Source: Selaginella moellendorffii (Eukaryota > Plantae > Lycopodiophyta). From it: a DNA stretch of 64,000 nt. The stretch is from assembly GCF_000143415.4 (NCBI RefSeq), contig NW_003314261.1:5358360-5422359 (forward strand), read 5' to 3'. Positions within the stretch are counted from its first letter, which is position 1. Each line of letters begins with the position of its first letter. Below, one piece after another: positions 10,577 through 22,979 of the stretch. The notes beneath the pieces were generated by a model. It did not search any database. It saw only the letters and a list, made by a program, of their open reading frames with translations, and was not told where the DNA came from. Position numbers and translations under genes: made by a program.

Positions 10577-11931
10577 ATGGCGAGCTTTGAAGTGCAAGAG
10601 CGCCAAGTCTCAATGATCTCTCCCGAGAAGAAACTGGAAGATGCCCACTACTCCAAGCTTCCATTCACGACTTTCGACATAATGCAAAAGAGAAGCAGCA
10701 TGCCTTACCTCCAGCGCGTTTGCTTCTTCGAATCCAAAGGCGGTAGCAGTAGCAGTAACGAGAGCTTGATTGAGAGGATGAAGGCGAGCTTGGCCAAAGT
10801 CCTGGTAGATTTCTATCCCTTAGCTGGAAGGCTAGAGATAAAAAACGAGGGAGACAGACCTGTGATCTCTTGCAGCGGAGCCGGCGTTGAGTTCTGCGTC
10901 GCTGATGCAAACGTCTCCCTGGAGGAGCTCGATTACTCCCAGCCCCGGCCGTGGTTCTCCAAGCTGATCAAAAGAGGAAACTATGAGTTTAGTGGCTTGT
11001 CGACCAACATACCTTTCATCACTATCCAGGTAAAGATCCCGCAAAAAGACTTTTTTCTCGCGTTTGATCTCGTGAAGAACAGGTGACCGAGTTTCGCTGC
11101 GGAGGCGTGTGTGTTGCTTGGTCGTATGATCATCTCGTCATGGACGGCAGCTCGCAGTGGCAATTCATGTGTTCCTGGTCCGAGATCTGTCGAGGCCTTC
11201 CCATCTCCAGGCCTCCAACTCACGACCGGTTTTTCGAGCAGCAGCACGAGCAGTTCTCCAGCATAACCCCGACCAGTTCCCTTTCATGTGTCTTCGAGGA
11301 CGTTTCCACTGGCATGGAGGCCAAGATCTTCGAGTTCGATGACGAGACTATCGAGAGGCTTAAGTTCTTGGCGTCGGGTCGTTTCTCAGCGTTCGAGGTC
11401 GTGGCGTCACAGGTCTGGATAGCACTTTGCAAGGCTCGCGATCTTCCAGCGTCTCAGAAAACCAGCCATCAGCTTCCACTCAACTGTAGAAGCCGGCTGA
11501 GCACTCCTCTCCCGGCGGGCTACTTTGGAAACTGTGTGCTCTGTGCGTTGGCCGAGTCCACAGCCGGGGAACTTGTGACTGGAGGGCTTCCATTCACGGC
11601 AGCTGTTGTCCACGAGGCAATCACGAGTTTCAAGAAGGATGAGATCCGCTCGGCAATTGCCATCTACAACGAAGACACCAAAGGGACTAGCCCGTTCAGC
11701 AAAGGCGTGACAGATGGTGTGGATACCTGGGGTGGCAGCTCTCCAAGATTTCCAATGTATAGTCTGGACTTTGGATGGGGGAAACCAGCCGCTGTTCGAC
11801 ACGCTACGAAGCTGTGGAACGGCTTCTGCTTCTACGACCCGTCACCGAGAGGTGGTAAAGCCATTGAAGCCACGGTGTACCTTTCTCCTGAAACAATGGC
11901 GAAGTTCAGTGAGGAAGTCAAGACGAATTAA
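10577..11931 (+). CDS. BAHD acyltransferase (DCR-like), copy 1; intron 11030-11082
   Basis: LAKVLVDFYPLAGRL, HxxxD (HLVMD), GYFGN, GSSPRFPMYSLDFGWGKP, conserved Q|V intron. Confidence 0.93.
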
Positions 11932-12116
11932 TCCTGTGTACCACCTTACGTGTTATATCCAAAGTCCGTCGTCTCGTCTGCTTGTGTGACATGACTTGAC
12001 TCCAATCAATCCGTGCCTGCTGTTTAGAATATAATATCCCCGAGCCTCTAGGAGTCCGTGCTGTTTCTGTGCTGCTTTGCTTGTCACTGCGAGTTCGGGC
12101 TTGGATCTCCGACGGG

Positions 12117-13537
12117 ATGAAGATGAAAATGGACGACTTTCAAGTGAAAATCACCGAGGTACATCTTGTCTCGCCTGCAGATCCCACAGAGAGGTGTCAG
12201 CTCCCCTTCACAACATTCGATCTAATGCAAAAGAGGGACTCCATGCCATACCTTCAAAGAGTAGCGTTCTATGAATCCACAGGTAAAGACGCAGATCTCC
12301 TCGTCCGCCACATGAAGGAGGGCCTCGCCAAAGTTTTGGTGGACTTCTATCCCTTTGCCGGAAGGATAAGTTTCTCAGGAGGTGGCATGCCGGAGCTGGA
12401 TTGCAACGACCATGGCGTCGAGCTGAGCGTGGCCGAGGCCAATGCGTCACTGGAAGAGCTGGACACCTCTCAGTACTCACCGCTGTTTAAGAAGCTCATA
12501 CTGCGTGGGAACTACGAAGAGACCACCATGACCGGCACAGCACCACTCTTCGCTGCTCAGGTACCGTAGAGTTTTCCTTCTTTTTCCTGGGCACAGCTCT
12601 CAAGTATTCTTGGTGGATCTGTTCTTGGTGGACCTCCCAGGTGACTAAGTTCAAGTGTGGAGCTGTGTCAGTCGCTTGGTCCTTCGATCACCTGGCAGTC
12701 GATGGCATCGCGATGATGCACTTCATCACCTCCTGGGCCGAGGCAAGCAGCGGCAAGCCGATCTCCAAGCCTCCAGTCCACGACCGCTACTTTGAGCGGA
12801 GGAACAAAGATCTGGCAGCCAAAGTTGATGATTCCGCTCCATTCCAGTACACCTTCGTGGATCCAACAGCTGGAGTGGAGTCCAGGATCTTCTCCTTCGA
12901 CGAAGACGAGGTGGAGAAGATGAAAAAACTCGTGCTCGAAGGAAACTCCGACCAGCAAGAGAACGGAGAACACGAGAGCTTCACCACCTACGAGGCCGCT
13001 GCGGCACACTTTTGGGTGGAGCTCTGCCGTGCTCGAGATCTTCCAAAGTCGCAGACGACGAGAGCCCAGATTGCCGTCAACTGCCGTCCAAAGATCGTGC
13101 CGCCGTTGCCACAGGAATACTTCGGCAACGTTGTTCTCCCCGGATTGGCGGTGTCCACCATCGGCGAGCTCACGGTACCCGGCAGCAAGGCGGTGGCGGC
13201 CAGGCTGCTCAAGAAATCCATCAGGAGCTTTGGAATGGAGGAGATCCGGTCGCAAATCCAGAGCTACCACGAAAACTACCGCAACAAAAATCCAATGGCG
13301 CAGGGGCTGACCGATGGAGTGGACATCTTCTTTGGGAGCTCGTTGCGGCACCCTCTGTACGAGGTGGATTTCGGATGGGACAAACCTGTGGCGGTGCGCC
13401 ATGGACGATTCCTATGGGACGGCTTCTGCTTCTTCGATCCAAGCCCTAGGGGCGGGAGGAGCATGGACATCACCGTACATTTGCTGCCTCCAATCATGGC
13501 CAAATTCGCTACCACAATCAAAATGCTAGAACCCTAA
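12117..13537 (+). CDS. BAHD acyltransferase, tandem copy 2; intron 12561-12640
   Basis: LAKVLVDFYPFAGR, HLAVD, EYFGN, DFGWD. Same intron position as copy 1. Confidence 0.93.
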
Positions 13538-13825
13538 AATGGTACTTTTATAATTTCACGTTTTATTTTTTAAGAGTGAGTACATATAATATAGAAATGT
13601 GCTTAAAAACCCTAGTTTATATACAAGAGTGAGTAATTCAAATTGAAACTAATCTAATGGTTATTAAAATCTTATTATACTAATATTAGTATACGACATT
13701 GTACTATAAGCAACTAAATGGAACGACTTGAGAGATATCCATGGGATTCAAATATAGAAGGAAAGGGCCCATGAACAAAAGTGCACCCCTTTTTTTAATT
13801 GGTTAAGGGTCTTGGGATACTTGGG

Positions 13826-13880
13826 GTTAAGCGTCTTTGGGTTTGAATAGTACTGGGCTGGGTGACATCCCGAGAAGTCC
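13826..13880 (+). promoter_or_regulatory. 5S-derived Pol III internal promoter (A-box to C-box) in the Cassandra 5' LTR; second copy at 23194-23248
   Basis: GTTAAGCGTCTTTGGGTTTGAATAGTACTGGGCTGGGTGACATCCCGAGAAGTCC versus the recalled plant 5S GTTAAGCGTGCTTGGGCGAGAGTAGTACTAGGATGGGTGACCTCCTGGGAAGTCC, 44/55 identical by hand count. Confidence 0.8.
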
Positions 13881-13979
13881 AAACTCAGGAGTTTACATTT
13901 GGTATCAGAGGGGTCTCAGGTCCAACTCTATTGGTTGGATAAGGGAATCACACCATATGTTGATTGACATTTGGCTGGT

Positions 13980-14155
13980 CCAGTTTGCTCCAACTGGGCT
14001 CGACCCAAGGGGTAGTGTCGCGAATGTGACTTCAGGTATCGAAAGTTACTTGTCGGCCAGTCCTTAAGCCAGTTTGCTCCAACTGGGCTCGACCCGAGGG
14101 GTAGTGTCGCGAATGTGACTTCAGGTATCGAAAGTTACTTGTCGGCTAGTCTTTA
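13980..14155. repeat. 89-bp tandem duplication spanning the Cassandra/LARD junction
   Basis: ccagtttgctccaactgggctcgaccc(a/g)agg-ggtag-tgtcgcgaatgtgacttcagg... occurs twice, with LTR starts at 14016 and 14105. Confidence 0.92.
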
Positions 14156-16354
14156 TGAACACTCTTACCTTACTGCCACGATGGCAGAAGGTCGGTATTG
14201 CTAGACTTGTTATTAGTCTCCACCTAAGCTAGTTGAGAAACTGGTCATCACATGTGCACTTAGACCGGAAGGGCACTAAGGAAGAAAATCCTAAGTTGTC
14301 ATTTAGTCAAGCAGACTTGACACGGTGATGAGAAACTCATGATGTTGGCTTGCACTTGCTAGTGTTGGGAATCCCCGCGATATTGAGCTTGGTCCCTCAA
14401 TATCGCTAGATGATAGCTTACCGTGTCTGCCAAACACCCTCGCTATCATGCCCTTTGAGTTGGTCTCATTTCGGTCTCAAATGTTATTTATAGAAAGTGT
14501 CCAGATTTGCTCATTTGGCATATCTACGGAATGTAGAGATCGGCTTGAACACAATGGTGTTTGTCCCGTGTCCAAATTCACAATCTAGGGACATTCCATA
14601 TTTATTAAGTTTTAAACTTATCCCAGAGACTAACTCCTGATACTAAGGGAGGTTTGGGGTGAAAGCCCAAAGCATGTGTTCCTCAAAGGGGGGGGGGGGG
14701 GGGGTATAGGAGGTTCTAAATGTATAATAGGGATAGTGGGTAGGTTGGGCATGGCCGACCAACTTGAGGCGTAGTCTAGCTCCTACTTATGTGCCTGTCT
14801 TTGTTCTGTGTTTGGTTTGGGTCTAAGCCCAAGTTCCATTCCATGCTAGCTGGTGGAGTACCCATGTCCTCACGTTAGGCCACCGATATGCCAAAATAGT
14901 GCCAGACTCCATTTAGCTCCGTTTTGCGTGCTGGTCCTGGCATTAGGATGCTGGTTGCTCTAGGACTGTTCCAAGTTGCTCCGGGCTCCTGTCCCTTCAC
15001 TCCTTGGGCTATATGCTCGGGAGTTGCTCCGTGGTTTGGTTCCATCACTCCTTGGCTCCATGCTTGGGAGTTTTGCACTGTTCCTTCGTTCAAGTGGCCC
15101 AAGGCCCTGAACCTCGGGTTCCACACCACGTTCCTTTGGACACGTGGCATATGACACGTGGCATCTGTCACGTGGCACAAAGAGGGTTTAGGTTCTGCTT
15201 CGTGGTGTTATCCTATGGTAAATCACCATAGGATAAAACCACGTGCGCTACAGTTGGTATCAGAGAATGAGTCTCGGCGAGAACTATCCAATGAGATTGG
15301 GCAACTAGTCTCGTTGCATACGCAGAGATGAAAACGATGATCCGAGTGGATACACGTTTGGGTGCAAAGGGTTCGCAATTAGTTCCTTGGGTATGGATAT
15401 TGTTACTTTGTTGTACCTTATGATGTGAGCTTGCGCTTGGGCTCATAGGATGGTTTGGAGATGTTTCGTTTGCACGAGTTTGAGCTTGGGCTCGTGAGTG
15501 AGGCACATTAGCAACTCGAGGTTACACTTTGAGTTGGCAGGATTAATGTTAGCTTATCGATGGTTCCGTTGATTCCATGAGTTGTTCCATGTACCATGGG
15601 TGAAAGTAAACTTTCCCTAGGTTTGCTATGAGTGGCAAATAGGTTGGTCCGTAGCTGTTTAGCACAGTATTAGTGGATCCTTCCTAGGCATGAATACAAG
15701 TGGATCAATCAAAACTATAGGGATTAGTCTATTGATTCAGGTAATCATTGCCGTGCTCTCTCATAAACCTTTCTTGGATTGGACTGAAGGCAGTGCGAAA
15801 GCAAGCTTGAGGTTTGGTCAAAGATAAGACCGAAAAGAGAGTTGTCAGAGACGAAGGATTAAACACGTAAATCATTTTCTCTTCTTGGAGAGATGATTTG
15901 CAACGAGGTGTGATTCATTGCTTGTGTTCATGGTTGTGAGACACAAAATCCCTAGGCCCCAAAGTGGAGCCGGAAAGGGTGCCACGTGGTAGTGGCTGAA
16001 GCGAGAGCCAAACGAGCGTAACACGTTTGGACCAAAAGCTCCGACTTGAAAAGTCAAGAGTGGGAGTGGAACTCCCAAAGAAGTGCTCGAGGAACGAGCA
16101 CGGAGCGAGCAAAAAGTGAGGCTCCAAAAAGGGACCCAAAAGGACCAACACATGACACGTGGAAGTGTCCGAGATGGACTCGAGTTGGAGTCCGAAGTGG
16201 AGTCCGAGATGGACTCGAGTTGGAGTCCGAAGTGGAGTCCGAGATGGACCCGAGTTGGAGTCCGAAGTGGAGTCCGAGATGGACCCGAGATGGAGCCCGA
16301 GATGGAGTCCGAGATGGAGTCCGAGATGGAGTCCGAAGTCGAGACCGAGACCGG

Positions 16355-16386
<32 letters not shown>

Positions 16387-19300
16387 TCGGGACCGAGAAC
16401 GAGACCGAGGCCGAGGCCGAGGCCGAGACCGAGCCCGAGCCCGAGCCCGAGTCCGAGTTCGAGTCCGAGTCCGAGTCCGAGTCCGAGTCCGAGTCCGAGT
16501 TCAAGTCTGAGAGGGTGAAAGCCCAAAGCGTTCATCTCCCAGACCCTGGGGGGTTTGGTGAGCTCCAAAAGTATAGTAGGGGGAGGACTGCAGTGGAGCC
16601 AGTTTGGCCAGGAAAGGCCAGTTTGGCCCAGGAAGGCCGGACCCAGTGTTGGGTGATGAGCTGCCCACTGGGAAGTCCAAGACTAGAGTGAACACGGACC
16701 GACAAGCGGGGTAGCTTGGTGAAGTGTTCAAGAGCCGGCTCTAGTTCCCCCGGGAGATCGACTGGCTGATGCTCCCAGTCCAAGTGTGGGTGGCACTACC
16801 TACTTGGATACTTGGTGTGGCTCACCGGAACCCGCTCTAAGCCCATGGCTAGAGCACCCAAGGGCAGAAGGCGAGGAGAGTACCCAGGTGGCTCGCGTAA
16901 GGCCACGGTGTCCCGAAATGTTGTCCCAAAGGCCCAGACTGTGGAAAGGAAGAGGAGCAGTCCTCTGGGGTAGTGACCAAGGACACAGTCGTGTGGTGAG
17001 GAAGTCCCAGAGGACTGTGGGACTTAGTGGTCGGGCCTATGGGTCTCGATCCAGTGGCAGTGTTGGCAAACACGACCAGGGGCAGAAAGGGACTTAGTGG
17101 GGACTGACAGAGGGATATTGGGGAAGGCTATTCCCCTTGTCGGTGGGCATCCTAAGGATGCTAAGGAGTGGATCTGAGATGACCACTCACGGATGGTTTG
17201 CCTAGTCTTGGAGAGCCAAGACTGTGATGCAAGTGGTATTGGACTACCAATGTGGCAAAGGTGATTGGGCATGGCCTTAGCGTAACGGGCTGCTATGTCG
17301 GTGGTACCTTTGAGTGTTGGTCATGGGATCGGACACGTGGAGCACTTGGACCAAGTGCAAATGTTGAGTGGCATGGATGCCATTCTCGGGGCTAGCAAGT
17401 CCCAAGTCCTGGATTGGACTTATGGAGGTTGTGAATGAGACTCCTCCAAGTGGTCAGAAGTGTGGTTAAGTGACTAAAGTAGAATGGAAAATTTAGTCGC
17501 TTACAACGGTATGCAATCAAGAGTCCCTATCTTGATGCATATTGGACGTGATAGTCTTACAAGTGGTGAGTCGTGGGATGGATAGTAGTGAAGTGCTATA
17601 CCATTTTATCGAGGCTTACTATTGTAAGACTTGGGTTGCAATGCTCAATTCTTTTCCGGGGAAGCTTGCTATTGCTCCTTGAGTAGCTTGGTGTTGGATT
17701 GGTTTTGAGTTTGGTCGGAAAGAGAGTGGCATGAGCTTGTCCATGTTGTAAACAAAAGTTAGTGGTGTTAGGTGTTGTAAATCTCTATTGATGGGGTGTG
17801 GCATTTATGTTGCATTTTGTCGAATCGAGTTGGCACTTGATATTCACTTAAACCTTTGCAGTAGTGACATGGGCATTGCTCATAGTGTTGCTTGATTGAT
17901 GATCAAGTCATTGTGATTCATATCATATCCATGTGATAATGAGCAATGTGTTTACGAAGTAGTTTGGGTAAATGATGATCAATCCCAAAGTGGTTGATGG
18001 AGAAGCTAGTCTACTTGCACGAAGTAACATTGTAGTAGCTTTGACTGGATTCTCAATGGTGGTCTATTATGCTAAGCTTAAGTTAGTACCTTGCTTACTT
18101 GAGTTTGCCCATAAAGGTGTTGGAAAAGGGTTATAGCATTCACTTGCTATGACTTGTCAGTTGATTCGTTAGCACTTGGAGTAAATTGTTGGATGGAGAA
18201 GATGTGTAGTTGGGGCATTGACATCACTAGCACTTGTGTTAGTGGAAGTGGCATTGTTATTTTAAGTGATGAGGAATTTTCCTTGGACCTTGATTTTCCA
18301 TGTCATTTTTCTTATTAGTGTTTTGGTTTCACATTTGATCTTGAAGGTGATTGAAGAAGAGTGTTAGTGCAATGTGGATATCTGAAGATGTGGTCTTCGT
18401 GATCAAGCCTTGGATGTTCCATTTTGCACTTTGCGGATGTCGGTGTTGGATATCGGTTAGATGGGCAAAAATGTTCGATGCTTAAACATGCTATTGGGTC
18501 ATAAGAATTTGTGTTGAGGTGAACCTATGTGAAGTTGTGTTGAGGTGAACCTATGTGAAGTTGTAGTAAAAGGAAGTTGGTTGAGTTTTGAAAGTTTGCA
18601 TTCCTGGACTAAGAGTCATTCTTTCTCTAGGATGGAAAATTTTCCACAAATTTTCTTAGACTTTTCCAATGGTTGATCTATTAATCACTTTGATCAAAAA
18701 CCATTTTGTTTTCATAAGCCAATACAAACTAGTGAAGGGGTTGGAGTTGACTTCAGTTGGCTTAAACTTTAGTAGATAGTTTGTATGATGCGGCCCAAAA
18801 GGGATGCTAACTTTTGGGGCTAAGGCAATTGAGTTGGATAGAGTCTGGAGTTGGTATAGAAAAGTGGCTGTTGCACTTTTCTAAAAAGGGTGATCCTTGT
18901 GCCTTTTTTATAGCATTTTTCTTGGTGGCAGGTTGCACCTTGCATTTCGTTAGACTCTATGAGAGTAGTGAGCTCTCACTGATCTTGACTTGGTCTTGGT
19001 GGCCCTACGCCTTGGTTAAGGATGGTGATGTCCAATTTGGTTGTTTAAGGTTAAGATGTTAGTACCCGTACTATAGCTTTGTCTATGAGGAGGTTGTGTA
19101 CCGATATGAGTCCATCTCATGATCTTCATTTTAGTTTTGACTGAGTGTTGATCACATAACTAGCCTCTTCAAGGCATGCTCAGAGCTATTGACTAAATGC
19201 ATTAGTGAGCTTATTGCGGTTGAGTTGGATTCGAGTGGTCATTTAGTTTATGCTTGTCTATGAACTTTTATCTCATACTTAGGGTATTGTGTTCATGTTG

Positions 19301-22300
19301 GACAAGTATGTAACTCGATGATATGAGTTAGTGTTTGAGTCTAGTGAAGGCAAATTGAAGGGTGATTGTTAGTTGATTTGCGACTAGTGATTACTTGTAG
19401 ACTTTATCAAAAGACGGTTGATACTTGTTTCGCTTGATGATGATTTAGCAGTGATGGGCTTGCTTTACCGGATAATGTTGTGGAGGATTGTGTCGTTAGA
19501 CTTACATGGTTTTTTCCATGTTGACATGTCGACTCTACCTCTGTCAATATCATTTGGTTACATCTAGTCCGTAGTGTTGGATTTCATTGAGTCTTGGACG
19601 TAGTGAATCACTCCATGATGATCTGTTCTCTATTACTAAGTATTGTTGGAGGATTGGTCTCGGGTACTAAGTAAAGTATATTTGACTTAGGTTAGCTTAG
19701 TTGCTAGGAAGTTTTGAGTGGTGACTCACTCGTGCTTTCTTCTAGCTTTGTTATGGTGTTGATGGCATTGAAGTGATGCTTTGTCATTGACATAGTTGAT
19801 ATTGAGATTCAAATGAAATGAAATGTCTCTCCGTAGGATTGATAATGAGTTTCATTAGTCTCGATGCAAATAGTGTTGATGATTTGGTTATGGCTTTGTG
19901 TTATTGGCATTCATGCATTTGCTAGTTAGCAACTATGTTGATGTTCAAATGCACTAAGTGGCAAGTTTGAGTTAGTTGTGTTTTAGACGAGATTATTTAG
20001 TAGAGGTTGAGCTTTAGCTCTTCCTTGAAAAGTGATTTAGTCGTAGACTATGCTAACTCTACAAGCGGAGGAGTTAGTGATCGATGTTAGAATGTTTGAA
20101 TCCTTATTGGATTTGAGTTGGAATATATTGATCATTGATGATTCTTCTTGTGCTTGTTATGAAGTGAGTTACGTCTTACTATAGATGGATTCAGGAGGAT
20201 CGTTTAATGATCACTTGTTGAGCATAACTCCATGATGTTTAGCTTTTGGATTGATGCAGAAATGCTCTTCATTAGCTTTGGCATTATGAAGTTTAGCTTA
20301 TGGATGTGTTGAGGAGGATATTATGGGTTATACCATGATTTCTTCTTTAGCATTGAAGTTAGTTCATGCAAGACTTATGATCATTATAGACAAAGACTTA
20401 GCTATAGGCTTCTTCAAGCTTTTGGTTCTCTGCGTTTTTATGCTCAATGTTCCATTTGTTAGAAGTTGTTGGGGGAAGGCATTTTGGCTTGTTAGTTTCG
20501 ATGTTGAAGTTGGCTTTTGCATCTAGCAGTCATTGGTGATGATTGACTATCATCTAAGCTAGTTGATTATCCTTGTCAAAGGTTTTGCTTGATTATCATT
20601 GATTTAGAATGATTTGCCATTTTTCGGGATGGTGGATTCCTTCTTCGATAATGATTATGCATTTCTCTATTGATGGGTTGATTGATGATCGTTCCTGATG
20701 ATTAGTTGTTTTTTTTGATGGCTTATAGCTTTTCGCAATACCACATGTTCTTTGTGGTTTGCTCTGGATTGATCTCTTGGGTTTGAGCCATCAGTAGGAC
20801 GTTGTTGACACTTGCTTAGACAACTTGAGTTCCTTGGTATTGTTGACTGGGATCTATTCAGATTGGTTGGTGCAATGGTTGGCATGACTAAGTGTTTGTT
20901 GGTTTTACCACATTCATTATGTTTTGTTGATTGTTGCTCGAGTTAGTTCTGATAGATTAGGATGTTATCTCCTTTAGGTGATACATTCGCGAGCTTTGTG
21001 CTTGTCAATCAATGATACTTAGTGTTCTTTGAGTTATCTTTCGTAAGTTGTTTAGTATACTATCTACAATCTTCGATAGTTAAGTTTTCTCATTGAGTGT
21101 ACTTGATGATACTTGCTATTGAATTTTGTTGGATGGTGATTCCTATGTTTATAAAAATAATGATCTTGGTGGTTCTTATACTGTAATACTAGTTTATCAG
21201 ATGATAACTTACTTGGAATACTTTTGTGTTCTAATCTAAGCTTTATTTACTGATAATTAAATCTCTAAGATATCATTGTCTATGACTTTGATATAGTCCA
21301 TATATTAATCTTTGAGTTTGGGCCAGTATAGGCAGACTGGCTTTGGCACTTCGTGTGCATGTTGAAATCTCTAGTCATGGGGTAACTACTGTCGACTGGT
21401 CATATAACCCGCCTCTCTGTCGATGTTCCTTATTTTATTGAAAGGGCATGATCATGTAAACAACTCTTCTTGCCTGTTTACAGTAGTCTATCTAAACCTT
21501 ACCGACAGGTTTGGTTTCTTTGCTTAGGAGGGTTGGGGCCTTTGGCTTCTCTCTCTATGTCCCTACGGGTAGGGCATATCACACTTTTGTAGCTAGGTGA
21601 CACCCAGAGCAGCAAGGGTGGCTGACTCCGTTGGTCATTTCCTTGTTGGCGATGGCCGGAAGGTGTTTGAGATGGTAGCGCATCCGCGTTAGACAAAGAG
21701 GTTACCCCTAACTCATTTAAGTTGGTGCATTTCTTACATAGTGTGAGTACCGTGAACTTTTTCTGGAGTTGTTTCCTTGGCGGTATTCTAGACTCGAGTA
21801 TGCATCGATGAGGACGTCGATCCCTAGGGGGGGAGAGTGTCGCGAATGTGACTTCAGGTATCGAAAGTTACTTGTCGGCCAGTCCTTACAAACACTCTTA
21901 CCTTACTGCCACGATGGCAGAAGGTCGGTATTGCTGGACTCGTTATTAGTCTCCACCTAAGCTAGTTGAGAAACTGGTCATCACATGTGCACTTAGACCG
22001 GAAGGGCACTAAGGAAGAAAATCCTAAGTTGTCATTTAGTCAAGTAGACTTGACACGGTGATGAGAAACTCATGATGTTGGCTTGCACTTGCTAGTGTTG
22101 GGAATCCCCGCGATATTGAGCTTGGTCCCTCAATATCGCTAGATGATAGCTTACCGTGTCTGCCAAACACCCTCGCTATCATGCCCTTTGAGTTGGTCTC
22201 ATTTCGGTCTCAAATGTTATTTATAGAAAGTGTCCAGATTTGCTCATTTGGCATATCTACGGAATGTAGAGATCGGCTTGAACACAATGGTGTTCGTCCC

Positions 22301-22979
22301 GTGTCCAAATTCACAATTTAGGGACATTCCATATTTAGTAAGTTTTAAACTTATCCCAGAGACTAACTCCTGATACTAAGGGAGGCTTGGGGTGAAAGCC
22401 CAAAGCGTGTGTTCCTCAAGGGGGTATAGGGGGTTCCAAATGTATAATAGGGATAGTGGGTAGGTCAGGCATGGCCGACCAACCTGAGGCATAGTCTAGC
22501 TCCCGCTTGCGTGCCTGTCTTTGTTCTGCGTCCGGCTTGGGTCTAAGCCCAAGTTCCATTCCATGCTAGCTGGTGGAGTACCCATGTCCTCACATTAGGC
22601 CACCGGTATGCCGAAATAGCACCAGACTCCATTTGGCTCCGTTTTGCGTGCTGGTCCTGGCATTAGGATGCTGGTTGCTCCAGGACTGTTCCAGTCGCTC
22701 GGGGCTCCTGTCCCTTCGCTCCTTGGGCTGTATGCTCGAGAGTTGCTCCGTGGTTTGGTTCCATCACTCCTTGGCTCCATGCTTGGGAGTTTGGCACCGT
22801 TCTTTCGTTCAAGTGGCCCAAGGCCCTAAACCTCGAATTCCACACCACGTTCCTTTGGACACGTGGCATATGACATGTGGCATCTGTCACGTGGCACAAA
22901 GAGGGTTTAGGTTCCGCTTCGTGGTGTTATCCTATGGTAAATCACCATAGGATAAAGGGTCAAAACCACGTGCGCTACA
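14105..22979 (+). mobile_element. Large non-autonomous LTR retrotransposon (LARD-like), ~8.9 kb
   Basis: Highly similar LTRs 14105-15252 and 21838-22979 (TG...CA). PBS tggtatcagag at ~15255. PPT agggggggagag directly before the 3' LTR. Perfect 5-bp TSD GGTAG (14100-14104, 22980-22984). No gag/pol ORF in 6.6 kb. Confidence 0.93.
16167..16506. repeat. Hierarchical tandem array: 3x35-bp units, then 12-mers, then (CCGAGN)n hexamers
   Basis: gtccgagatggac(t/c)cgagttggagtccgaagtgga at 16167, 16202 and 16237, followed by ccgaga/ccgagg/ccgagc/ccgagt runs. Confidence 0.95.

Noticed and set aside
13826-13880. Stand-alone 5S rRNA gene
   Set aside because: Only the central 55 nt match, and they lie inside paired LTRs.
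16167-16300. CRISPR-like 35-bp repeats
   Set aside because: Head-to-tail tandem units with no spacers, in a eukaryotic TE.
16500-16560. Possible hammerhead ribozyme (ctgaga-ggg-tgaaag-ccc-aaag), and tgatgag on the minus strand of the 24.5-kb TRIM (retrozyme idea)
   Set aside because: The CUGANGA/GAAA core and three stems cannot be completed.
15872-16691. ORFs with (SD)n, (LG)n, (RD)n and (ET)n tracts
   Set aside because: Translations of the CCGAGN array, which is open in all frames.
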